The position numbers were made by a program, and so were the translations under genes. This document shows, in pieces, positions 51,121-61,779 of a DNA stretch of 64,000 nucleotides (position 1 is the first letter of the stretch; the number at the start of each line of letters is the position of its first letter). The stretch comes from Squalus acanthias (lineage: Eukaryota), in NCBI GenBank assembly GCA_030390025.1, contig CM059433.1, positions 30,134,001 through 30,198,000 on the forward strand, written 5' to 3'. The notes under the pieces were generated by a model. The model had not been told where the DNA came from. It was given only the letters and a program-made list of their open reading frames with translations, and did no database searches.

Positions 51121-52053
51121 AACTTCATCTTTTTACCATTTCAAATAATAACTTTATAGGATAGGCAATTTTTAATGGATTTTTTTTTAAAAAAAAGCTT
51201 TTCCATTTATAAAATAATCTATTAAACACAATTATCAGAGAAGGGGTAGTGTTGCTAGTGGTTAATATAACTAGATTAATAGAAAGTTAACCAGTTTATA
51301 AGTTCTTTGCTGATCTTCCTGTGCTATTGCAAACCATATTTTTACTGATTTGAAATAATGCAATGTCCCTCTATTTGATTGATTTACTTGAATATGCCAA
51401 TATGAAGGATAGTTCACTGAATTTGAACTCTCCCTGTGATGAGCAAAATACTGAAGTATAGCTGTATGGGAAATGTTAATTTTTAATGAAATGTTCTTAT
51501 TCTGGAGCATTTACCAATCCAACAGTTTCTAATCACTACTTAATTGGGAGATTAATTCTCATGAAAATTTTAATGAAGTTCAGTTATACTGTGTACTTGT
51601 GCCTTCTGAATGGGATAAAGTATACTGTGTTTAACTGAAAAGATAAACCATGGGTGAACTTTGGACAGATGTCATACTATCCAAGGGCTAAATTAGCATT
51701 TTTTGCATTAACCTCCACTCCTATAGCCAATGTTTACTGTGTCTCATTTATAATGTATAGTTTTACAAAATGTCGTGCCTATTTCAAATGAAGTCTGGTA
51801 AAGTAAATTAAAGTGATGAAAATATTGGAAATTAAGTCGCTTGGATGTGTTACTGGATCTAATGGCAAAATGTCTTCTGCATGAAGCATGATTTTGACCC
51901 ATGACCTGCTTGGCAGGAAGGAAAGTAAAGCTGGCAGATTGTGTAAATTATGGTATAACAATAATTTCAAACATAGTGCTTTTTTTAAGTGGAGATGCGA
52001 AATATTTAATGCAAGTGTTGTATGTTGGATTTATTCTGAGATCATGTTTCTAG

Positions 52054-52249
52054 GTCTCTGGTATGAGAACTGGTTCTACTGACTCTAAGGATTCGGAGAC
52101 CAAGGATGCAAAAAAAACACATTTAGTAAATGAACGCCTTGCAGGACAAATAACAGGAGCATCACAAGCACCTGAACACAAGAAAGACAAACTGCTCAAA
52201 GACCTTGCAGCCACCCGGCTTGGTCAAGGAGAAAAGCTTCCAAAACTAG
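52054..52249 (+). CDS. PHF3: PHF3 next coding exon (196 nt, phase 0/1)
   Basis: tttctag|GTCTCT acceptor in phase 0. Reads VSGMRTGSTDSKDSETKD...GQGEKLPKL(G), donor G|gtgcgt. Resembles the post-PHD exon of PHF3 as I recall it (SD..D.E.K ... GEK..K.G); weaker conservation than the other exons. Confidence 0.75.
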
Positions 52250-52679
52250 GTGCGTGAAAATGATTTAGAGCAGATCAGTGCACATACTAAGTGGGAAAGA
52301 GAATGTAAATACTGTAACTTAAATGGGAAGAAAGTATTTCTCCATGTCTATTGAAAAATTATACAAGTAGAAAAATATATATTTTTAATAAAAATGCCAA
52401 ATTCATCCTATGCACTCTTCCTACCCTCAATACTTCATTGTGTTGAAATTGTGTCCGATTCTAACTCATTCTTTTCCAGCCCTCAAAAAATGTTTTTCCC
52501 TTCCTTCCACAATCTTCAGACTTTTAAAGTTGGTGTTGCCTTTTTTACTTCTTCCTCAACTTCTCTTTCTTGTTTCAAATTTGGTGCTGTCCTTTACTCT
52601 ATGGGCCATGGCTCTTTACCTTGGTTTCGCAAATTAAAAATAAATCATAACACCTACTGTAACTCACCACGTCAGGCCT

Positions 52680-52910
52680 CCCTGAAAGAGGTTAGGAGAC
52701 ATTTCTTTAGGTTATTACCAGAGCGAGTGGTTGAGGCAGCAACCGTGCATCTTTTAAGGGAAAATTGCGAAATATTTGAAGCAAACGATCTTGGACCGTG
52801 TGGAGAGAGCAAGACCGTGGGATTAATTTTGGATTACTTTACTAAAGAGTTGACACAGACATGGTGGACTGAATGGCTTCCTTGTATGCTGTAAACTTCT
52901 CTGGTTCTAT
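52680..52910 (+). mobile_element. Degenerate CR1 3' end
   Basis: GTGGTTGAGGCAG, TGGACTGAATGGCTTCCTTGTATGCTGTAA...TTCTATG. Confidence 0.65.
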
Positions 52911-53644
52911 GCATCTAGGCCACTCTGGAAAAGCCACTGCTGGGGAGGAGCCTGTGCATCAAAGTTAACCCATGTCTATTGAAAATATATGTAGCAAAGC
53001 ACTGACGTTTTTAGCACATATCTATCCATACTCTAAATTACTGCTTTGGACTGGCCTGGGAGCTGATCTTGAAAATTATGTTTTTTACAGTGTAGTACTC
53101 TCCCTTCCTCCCACCCACCGGCTGGCTTGGTGCAGCGTGTCAGTCCTCCACCAGCAGGAACAGACTTAATTCTGTTCAGCACAAACCTCCACCGAACCCA
53201 ACCCAGGATGTGGTGAGTGGGGCAGTAAGTTAGAGGCCTCTGATGTTGAGCCTCACTCTTTGGCCCAGCATTGCTAGCACTTAAGTCCTACAACTTAGGA
53301 ATGTATTTTTAAAGCTTGCAGTTCACGCAGGATATTTCCTAAATAAACTGCACATTATAAATAACTTCCGAAAATGGTTGGACTCAAGTGTTGGCATTGC
53401 TGCCAGTCTCTGTTGTCACTCAAATCTCCTGGTCCTCCACTTTTGCTTTCTGGTCATTCAGCTTGTAGGATGATCTCACTTCCATCTTCTGATGTGCTTG
53501 GGGCCAGAGGCAGAGGGGAGGTGCAGGCTTTTCCTCTTGTTCCTTGCATGCAGACTCTTTACCCATTTGTAGGCACTGTTTACTCAGACTTCTTGTTGCT
53601 GCCCAGCTCCTCAATGGGTCCCTGGACTGCTGGAAATGGATGGA

Positions 53645-55140
53645 GGTCAAAGCTGAGCAAGTCCAGATACAGCAAAGGCTATGTGTCCCGATAACATCCT
53701 GGCTGCCGGGCTGAAGACTTGTGCTCCAGAACTAGCCGTGCCACTAGTAAAGCTGTTCCATTACAGCTACAACACCAGACAATGTGGAAAGTTGCCCAGG
53801 TATGCCCTGTCCACAAAAAGCAGGACAAATCCAATCCGGCCAATTACCGCCCCACCAGTCTACTCTGAAACATTTGCAAAGTGATGGAAGGTGTCGTCGA
53901 CAGTGCTATCAAGCGGCACTTACTTACCAATAACCTGCTCACCGATGCTCAGTTTGGGTTCCGCCAGGACCACTCGGTTCCAGACCTTGTTACAGCCTTG
54001 ACCCAAACATGGACAAAAGAGCTGAATTCCAGAGGTGAGGTGAGAGTGACTGCCCTTGACATCAAGCAGCATTTGACTGAGTGTGGCATCAAGGAGCCCT
54101 AGTAAAATTGATGTCAATGGGAATTGGGGGAAACTCTCCACTAGCATAAAGGAAAGATGGTTGTGTTTGTTGGAGGCCAATCATCTCAGCCCCAGGACAT
54201 TGCTGCAGGAGTTCCTCAGAGCAGTGTCCTAGGCCCAACCATCTTCATCAATGATCCCCCCCCCCCCCCCACCATAAGGTCAGAAGTGGGGATGTTCGCT
54301 GATGATTGCACAGTGTTCAATTCCATTTGCAACTCTCAGATAATGAAGTAGTCCATGCCAGCAAGACCTGACAAGATTCAGGCTTGGGCTGATTAGTGGC
54401 AAGTAACATTCACCTGGAAGTGTCAGGCAATGACCATCTCCAACAAGAGAGAGTCTAACCACTGCCCCATGACATTCAACGGCATTACCATTGCTGAATC
54501 CACCACCATCAACATCCTAGGGGTCACCATTAACCAGAAACTTAACTGGGCCAGCCACATAAATACTGTGGCTACAAGAGCAGGTCAGAGGCTGGTTATT
54601 CTGCGGCGAGTGTTTAACCTCCTGACTCCCCAAAGCCTTTCCACCATCTACAAGGCACAAGTTAGGAGTGTGATGGAATACTTTCCACTAGCCTGGATGA
54701 GTGCAGCTCCAACAACACTCAAGAAGCTCATCATCATCCAGGACAAAGCAGCCCACTTGATTGGCACCCCATCCACCACTGGCGCACTTTGGCTGCAGTG
54801 TGTACCATCTACAAGATGCACTGCAGCAACTCGCCAAGGCTTCTTCGACAGCACCTCCTCTACCACTTGGATGGGCAAGGGCAACAGGCGCATGGGAACA
54901 CCTGCAAGTTCCCCTCAAAGTCGCACACCATCCCGAGTTGGAAATATCTCGATGTTCCTTCATTGTTGCTGGGTCAAAATCCTGGAACTCCCTCCCTAAC
55001 AACATTATGGGAGTACCTTCACCACAGGGACTGCAGCGGTTCAAGAAGGCAGCTCACCACCACCTTCTCAAGGGCAGTTAGGGATGGGCAATAAATTCTG
55101 ACCTTGCCAGCGACGCCAACATTCCATGAACAAATAAAAG
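53645..55140 (+). mobile_element. CR1-superclade LINE (family B), 5'-truncated, frameshifted RT
   Basis: NYRP, QFGFRQ, ALDIK, GVPQSSVLGPTIF, MFADD, YKAQVRSVMEY. Tail shared with 6191-7185 and 2878-3228. Confidence 0.92.
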
Positions 55141-56679
55141 CAAAAAGTACAAACCTACTCATCAATTTGGTAAACTCGTGAATCTCCCAGGAAACATTTT
55201 GACAATAGGGTATCGCACCATGAGGTACACGATGTGCTTTATAGAATATAATAGATCTCTACATTTTGGCTCAGTGTTCATTTTTCTTTATGCGTCTGTG
55301 AAATGCTTTGGGACATTTTCTATGTTAAAGGCGCTATATAAATGTAGATTATCTCTTGGAGCATTGCTCACAAGAAAAAAATTATGGAAAAGTTGGCTTT
55401 TTTCCAAAACTTTCTCTTTGTTTCCCAGTCTTTTTGTCTCCCACTCTATCTCTTGCTATTTCTCTCTCTTGTCTCTCTCCTGTTTGTCTCGCATCCTCTG
55501 TTCTTCTTTTATATAAATTTGTGTTTCTGTTTCCTCTTTGTATTGCTATTGCACAGCTTTTGTCTTGCTCTCTTGCATATTATTTTTCTTTTTATGTTTA
55601 TCTGGTACTCAGTGTTTTCACACACTTTCTGTCTTATTCTGTGGATGCCTCTCGCATACTTCCTCCTCGCCTTGTACATGTCTGTCTAGCTTTTGTTAAA
55701 ACTGTGTTTTGCACTCCTTTTACTGCCATAGTGATCTGGAGATAGGTACTCGGCTTCAAACCTCTGAGAGCTGCAGAAATTGTATAATCTCATTCTGGGG
55801 GTGAAGGGCTAGATATGTTCTGTATTGCTGCATTTGTATGAAGAAGCTGTGTTCTGTTTGATTTACTTATGTTTACAGTTGTGGACCACTAGGAAGCCAG
55901 GAGGCAGAGGCCAGCAATCAGATCAGTGCTAAAATAATAGTCGGGAGTTTGTGCATGCTAAATCTGATCAAACTTTATAAGTTACCAGAGCATTAAAAAA
56001 TTGAACCAAAAGCAAAATACTGCAAATCTGAAATAAAACAGAAAATGTTTTCCCCTTGTGAAGTATATTTTTCTTTATTATCTATATACCTATTTTTTTT
56101 ATATTGAAAATGGTAGGTGGGTCACATTTGAAAATCGATTGAAAACTCATGTCAATCTTATTCTATGCAGAATTCCATTATATAAGTGACCACATTCACC
56201 TGCAATACCGCTTATACCTGTGGGTGGTGCTGTGAAATGGATATTCAGTGTTGAGCGGTAATATCGCCTTATTGCCAGAACAAACCTGGAGAAATTGGTG
56301 CCTCTTCATAAATAAGGAAATCTTGCTAATAGTTTTTGTAAAAACTTGAGATATCAGAATCCTCTCCCTCCAGTGCCTTTTGCTGAAGTACATTTGCACA
56401 GCTTCCTACCCCAAATGTATTTTTTGGAAAACTCCAGCTGAGGTACTTTTCCTCTGCCCCTCCTCTATCACCCCCCACCCCCAAGCCAAATAGATATTCA
56501 TAATGGAAATACAAAAATAAGGAAATGCACAACTTTAAAATGGGGAATGATTTATGTCTTGTGTGCCCTGGTCCAGTTATCCTCCAACTTCTAATCTGCT
56601 TCACCTGAAGACTACACTTGATCTTAACTCCTTCTGTGCAACACCAATGGAACTCAGCTAGTACAGTGGGATTATCCAC

Positions 56680-56682
56680 ATA

Positions 56683-56713
<31 letters not shown>
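56680..56713. repeat. (TA)n microsatellite
   Basis: Directly visible. Confidence 0.9.
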
Positions 56714-56717
<4 letters not shown>

Positions 56718-58639
56718 AAATTTATGCAGGTTTGTGGGGTTGGTTTTATTTTTCGTTAGCAACTAGTTTGGTGGCCATCAACTGGTAGAATAATATTTGG
56801 AGTTGCTGTGTGATGTGGAGCTGTGGGATAAATATTCCAATTTTCAGTGATAATCCACAATTAATTATGGGAAATAACACTTAGGTTGTGTTACAACTGG
56901 GGGTGAATAGAGGCATACTTGAAGTACTTTGGTTGAAATTATCCTATTGGATTAAATATCCTTTATTGAAGTATTTTTTAATATTGGCACTTAAATACTA
57001 AAATACAAGTATTCAAAATATTCAAATGATCAAAAGGTTACAACTGCCCACCTCAGAGATTTTTAGTTCAGATAATAATTTCAAGCGGTGAATATGGATC
57101 ACGTATTGAATAATAAATGCCTGGGAATGGTTATACGGCAGTAATCTAATTGAGATGATTCAAGTGATATACACCATAAAACTGAAACTTGATGGTTGTA
57201 ATCATCAGAACTACAAGATTGCGCATCACAGTCTTAAATCAGCTCCTGATGCTTTGTGCCTATTCATAGTGTGCACTCTTTCAATTTTAAGTGGAGCTTG
57301 ATCCTCCTGTGTTTTTATGTGTACAAAAGGAAAAGCGATTGTGATGCTCACTGATTTGCAATTTATTACTCAATGCAAGATTTCTAGCCATATAATTAGT
57401 ATTTTTGTGGTTATGATTTGAAGAGGAATATTTCTGAAAATTTAACGCAATAACTATTCTTTTAAGTGTTGCGTGTTTAGTTTTCAGATATTCTTCAATT
57501 TCAAACCCAGATTAAACAAACAAGATATATTCTACTTCAAAGGGAGTTTAGGAATTCTCTTGGATATATTGTTGCTGTACATATATTATGGTATTGATTC
57601 ATAGCCATTTTTTCAAAACCTAGGTTAGAAATGAGAACTTCAGGCTTCACTAAAATTCACTAATTGGCTTTAAAATGAATTTCAAAGTTTAAAGTATAGT
57701 TGTTGTAAAGCATACCTATTAGTGTTCAGAAATGAGGCATAGGGTTCTAATACATAGGCTACAGCAAGAGTATTTATATGCTTGTGAAATGCTGATTGGA
57801 AAGGACATGATGTATTTGCTAATTATATATGGGGAACTTTGGTATTTCATCAGGGAAAGCTTTGCTGCATATTCCAAGTTTAAATTCGGTGACCCTACCT
57901 GTTCAGTTAAGTTGAAGTCTAATGTCCAGCTTTGGCGGCAGGTCATACTGAATAATTGGAGGACGGAAGGAAACCTTAGCTTAGTGTAGCCCCAGAGAAC
58001 TCATTTTCAACCTGCGCTATTTGATCTACCACATCAATCCTGTACTTTTCAATTCCAGACTCCGAGAGTTTGAAGTGTAGAAATCAGAGAAATGTGTGCA
58101 TAACAAGGTGATGAGTGCCAAGAAAGTCTGCTCTACAGTCCAGTCATTCCTGTTTTTAATGACATTTTATGTACTCAAACAAAAAAGTTATATTTTATTA
58201 GGAGCAGGTTCAATCTAAACAGGATGATCACCATTTATATATAAAGTATATATTTAAAACTTTGTCTGCGCACACTTCTTTGCAACTTTTCCCTTATAAA
58301 TTCCTATGTCCACATTTATAATAAAAACTGCTTATGTAAACTTGCCACCCTGTAATTGTACCCTCCCACCAGTGGAGGACAGAACGTACAACCTTAAAAT
58401 AGGGACTGATTTTGTATGCCTTCATGGTCTTCCGCCCTTGTAATCCTGCTTCACCTGAAGACTGCTCTTTGTCTTGACTCCTCCTGTAAAATGCAATGGG
58501 AGGTTGATTGGTTCTTATATATTTCTACAGGACTGGTCACTATTCCTGATTTGAACCTTTGCCTGATGTCTGGGGCTATTTAAAGTTTTCTTTTCATTTA
58601 AAAGACTAGTTTCAAACAAACAAGTTCTAAATTAGAATT

Positions 58640-58810
58640 ACAAAAGCAAAATACTGCAGATGCTGGAAATCTGAAATAAAAACAGAAAATGCTGGAAATA
58701 CTCAGCAGGTCAGGCAGCATCTGTGGAGAGAGAAACAGAGTTAACGTTTCAGGTCGATGACCCGCCAGTTCTGATAAAGGGTCATCGACCTGAAACGTTA
58801 ACTCTGTTTC
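58640..58810. mobile_element. Non-coding Penelope-pLTR-like mini-element with inverted arms and 14-bp TSD
   Basis: TCTAAATTAGAATT at 58626-58639 and 58811-58824. Perfect 35-bp inverted repeat 58729-58763 / 58779-58813. Hammerhead-like CTGATAA-AGGGTC-ATC-GACCT-GAAA-CGTT. Confidence 0.8.
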
Positions 58811-59461
58811 TCTAAATTAGAATTTATTGGTTTGCTTGGTATAATACGACCATTTATGGATTGTCACAATCTCTTGTAGGTATTGCTAAATCCAGAACAG
58901 ATATTCAGACTTTTTATTGTCTCTTTACTTTCTCACAAACTATATATTTTTTTACTTTCTTAGAATCATTCTTTTGAACTTTATTTTTGCCTTTTCCCTT
59001 TGTTTCTCATCTCTTTTTATAAGCTTCCTCTAAACAATCAGGCTTTTAAAAGCCAAACTTGTCATCACCTAACCAGTACTTGTTGATTTACACTTCAATT
59101 CTTTTCAACTTTGGTATCCTCCACATATACATACGTATATATTGCTCTTTCAGTTGTTGATTTTAGGCATGCTAATGGAAATTAAACTGAGGGAGAATAG
59201 TTAGTATATTAACTAACCATTTCCTTTTGAAGTATTCACCAGAGAAGATTATTACAGTTGGGCATGTTCCCATAAACATTATCCATGCGGACTTAAGATC
59301 TTCGACAACAAAGAGATGGAGGTTCTAAACTGACATAAAGGCCTCAAAAGAAATGCACCCTTGAGGGCAGATGGTATCTATCTCAGTGTATTGAGATATG
59401 AGGGGTGAAGCGTTGATAACTATCATGAATGTCAATTCATTTTGAGGAGATATCGCTAGAT

Positions 59462-59815
59462 TATATTTCCTACATTACAACAGTAACTACACTTCAAAAG
59501 TACTTCATTGGTTGTAAAGTGCCTCAGAACTGGTCATGGTAGATGTTGCCACCATCTCCATAGATGGAAGATTAAAGCATCCCCATCATGTGACTGGAGC
59601 TCCTAATCAGACCCTGGAGCACATCATTGAGCACTGCCCTCAGGAAATTTGCAGGCAGCCTACAAGATATCCACACTGTTACACCGGAAGCTTTGGCCTG
59701 GATATCTGACTTTGATACTGACATTTGATTTGCTTTGCTACTACCATACGAAAGAAGAAGCAGCAGCGCTTTGGGACATCCTGAGGTCGTGAAAGGCGCT
59801 ATATAAATGCAAGTT
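59462..59815 (+). mobile_element. 3' part of the L2-tailed SINE split by a Vingi/Ingi-like fragment
   Basis: TTTCCTACATTACAACAGT...TTGTAAAGTGC stops at 59522 and resumes as GCGCTTTGGGACATCC at 59766. Confidence 0.85.
59523..59765 (+). mobile_element. 3' end of an I-group (Vingi/Ingi-like) LINE
   Basis: Translates LRTGHGRCCHHLHRWKIKASPSCD/[frameshift]/GAPNQTLEHIIEHCP, the C-terminal CCHC-type motif of I-group LINEs. Ends CCATACGAAAGAAGAAG. Confidence 0.75.
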
Positions 59816-59972
59816 TTTTAGATTGGAAACCATTTACAACAGTATCCATTTACAAGAAAGGGCGCAAATCTAATTCAGCAATCAGTCTAACATCAATACT
59901 TGTTAAAATAATAGAATGCGTCATTAGGAACAGGCTTGAGTATATTTCTTGGAATAATCTAACAAACTTGTA

Positions 59973-60570
59973 GTGTCAGCTGTGGCTCAGTGCGTAGCAC
60001 TCTCACCTCTGAGTCAGAAGGTTGTGGGTTCAAGTTCCACTCCAGAGACTTGAGCACAAAAATCTAGGCTGATACTCCAGTGCAGTGCTGAGGGAGTGCT
60101 GCACTGTCAGGTGCCGTCTTTCGGATGAGATGTTCAACGAGCCCTGTCTGCGCTCTCAGGAGGGCGTAATACATCCCATGGCACTGTTTTGAAGAAGTGC
60201 AGGGGAGTTATTTCCGGTGTCCTGGCCAATATTTATCCCTCAATCAACATCACTAAAACAAAAACAGATTATCTGGTCATCATCATATTGCTGTTTGTGG
60301 GCACTTGCTGTGTGCAAATTGGCTGCTGTATTTGCTACATTATAACAGTGACTACACTTCAGAATAGTACAAAAAGAAAATACTGCAGATGCTGGAAATC
60401 TGAAATAAAAACAGAAAATGCTCTGTTTCTCTCTTCACAGCTGCTGCCTGACCTGCTGAGTGTCTCCAGCATTTTCTGTTTTTACTTCAGAATAGTACTT
60501 CATTGGCTGTAAAGCGCTTTGGGACGTCCGGTGCTCGTGAAAGGTGCTATATAAATGCAAGGCTTTTTTT
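59973..60570 (+). mobile_element. Full-length L2-tailed tRNA SINE with a mini-element inserted at 60371-60483
   Basis: Head GTGTCAGCTGTGGCTCAGTG...GGGTTCAAGTTCC, body colinear with 2646-3422, tail GGTGCTATATAAATGCAAG. Confidence 0.88.
60371..60483. mobile_element. Second mini-element (same family as 58640-58810) with 15-bp TSD
   Basis: ACTTCAGAATAGTAC at 60356-60370 and 60484-60498. Left part matches 58641-58692; right part is the reverse complement of ~58675-58740. Confidence 0.8.
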
Positions 60571-60592
60571 TCTTTCATTTGCAAGCAAGCAT

Positions 60593-61760
60593 TAGGAGCA
60601 TAGGAACAGGAGTAGGCCATTCAGCCTCTTGAACCTGTTCCTCCATTCAATTGGATCAAGGCTGATCTGTACCTTAACTCCATTTACTCACCATTGATTC
60701 ATATCCCTTGATACCCTTACCTAATAAAAAATTGTCAATCCAGTCTTAAATTTCAATTGACTCAGCATCCAAAGTGTTTTGGGGGAGAGAGTTCCAGATT
60801 TCAATTACTCTTGTGTGGAAAAAGTGCTTCCTGGTTCACTCCTGAACAGCCTAGCTCTAATTTTAAGATTGTGCCCCCTTTTTCTGACTCCCCCACTAGA
60901 GGAAATAGGTTCTCTATATCTACCCTATCACATCCTTTCACCATTTAAAACCCCTCAATTAGATCACCCCTTAACTTTCTAAACTCATTTATCCCATTAA
61001 GACCTGGTATCATTCAGGTGAATCTGTGCTGTACCCTTTCCAAGACCAATATATCCTTCCTGAGATGTGCCCAAAACTGAATGCAGTACACTAGATGAGG
61101 TCTGCTCAAGGCTTTGTACATCTAGATTAGTTAGACATGACCTACCCTTCACAAATCCATGCTGACTCTCTTTGGTCAGCTCTTACTTGCTCAGTCACTC
61201 TGGCCCTGATGATAAATTCCAGTAACTTCTCCACGACAACAAACTGACAAGTCTGCAATTTCCTGGTTTCTGCCTCCCTTCTGTCTTAAATGATGGAGTG
61301 ACATTTGCCAATTTCCAATCCAAAGGCACAATTTGTGAATCTAGAGAGCTTTGGAAAAGCTAATGCTTCTGCAATTTCCCCACCTGCTTGGTTTAATACC
61401 CTAGGGGGGAAACCCTCAGGCCCTGGAAGATTTGTGTCTCGGTCCCATTGTGTTTTTTTTAACCATTTTTTAACTTGTATTAAATCCACTACGTTCTTCC
61501 CATTGGCTTACTTTTAGGTTCCCTTGTACTGCTGGCATTTTGTCCTTTCCCTCTTGTGAAAAAGGATACAAAACCTTAATTTAGCATTGCTTTAGAAGGG
61601 AAAGATCCTCCCCCATAAGACTCATTCCAAGTGGACATTAAAAAACCACATGATGTGGTGTACTTAAATTACTAAAAAGCCTTCTGATAAAGTTCATGTT
61701 ATGGAAGCTGAAGCAGTGGGAATTCAAGTTAAAACTTGGCCATGGATAATAAAATTGGCT
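60593..61760 (-). mobile_element. Degenerate, internally deleted CR1 LINE (plus a short + strand CR1 fragment at ~61640-61760)
   Basis: CR1 tail at 60595; PGPEGFPPRVL..EIAEAL at 61286..61489; DVVYL-like GATGTGGTGTACTT at 61652. Confidence 0.75.
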
Positions 61761-61779
61761 CCATGAAGGAAAACCGTTA

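Noticed and set aside
55879..58107. Candidate further PHF3 exons at 55879 and 58059-58107
   Set aside because: The first has an in-frame TAG within five codons. The second is 49 nt, would shift the frame and has no PHF3 similarity.
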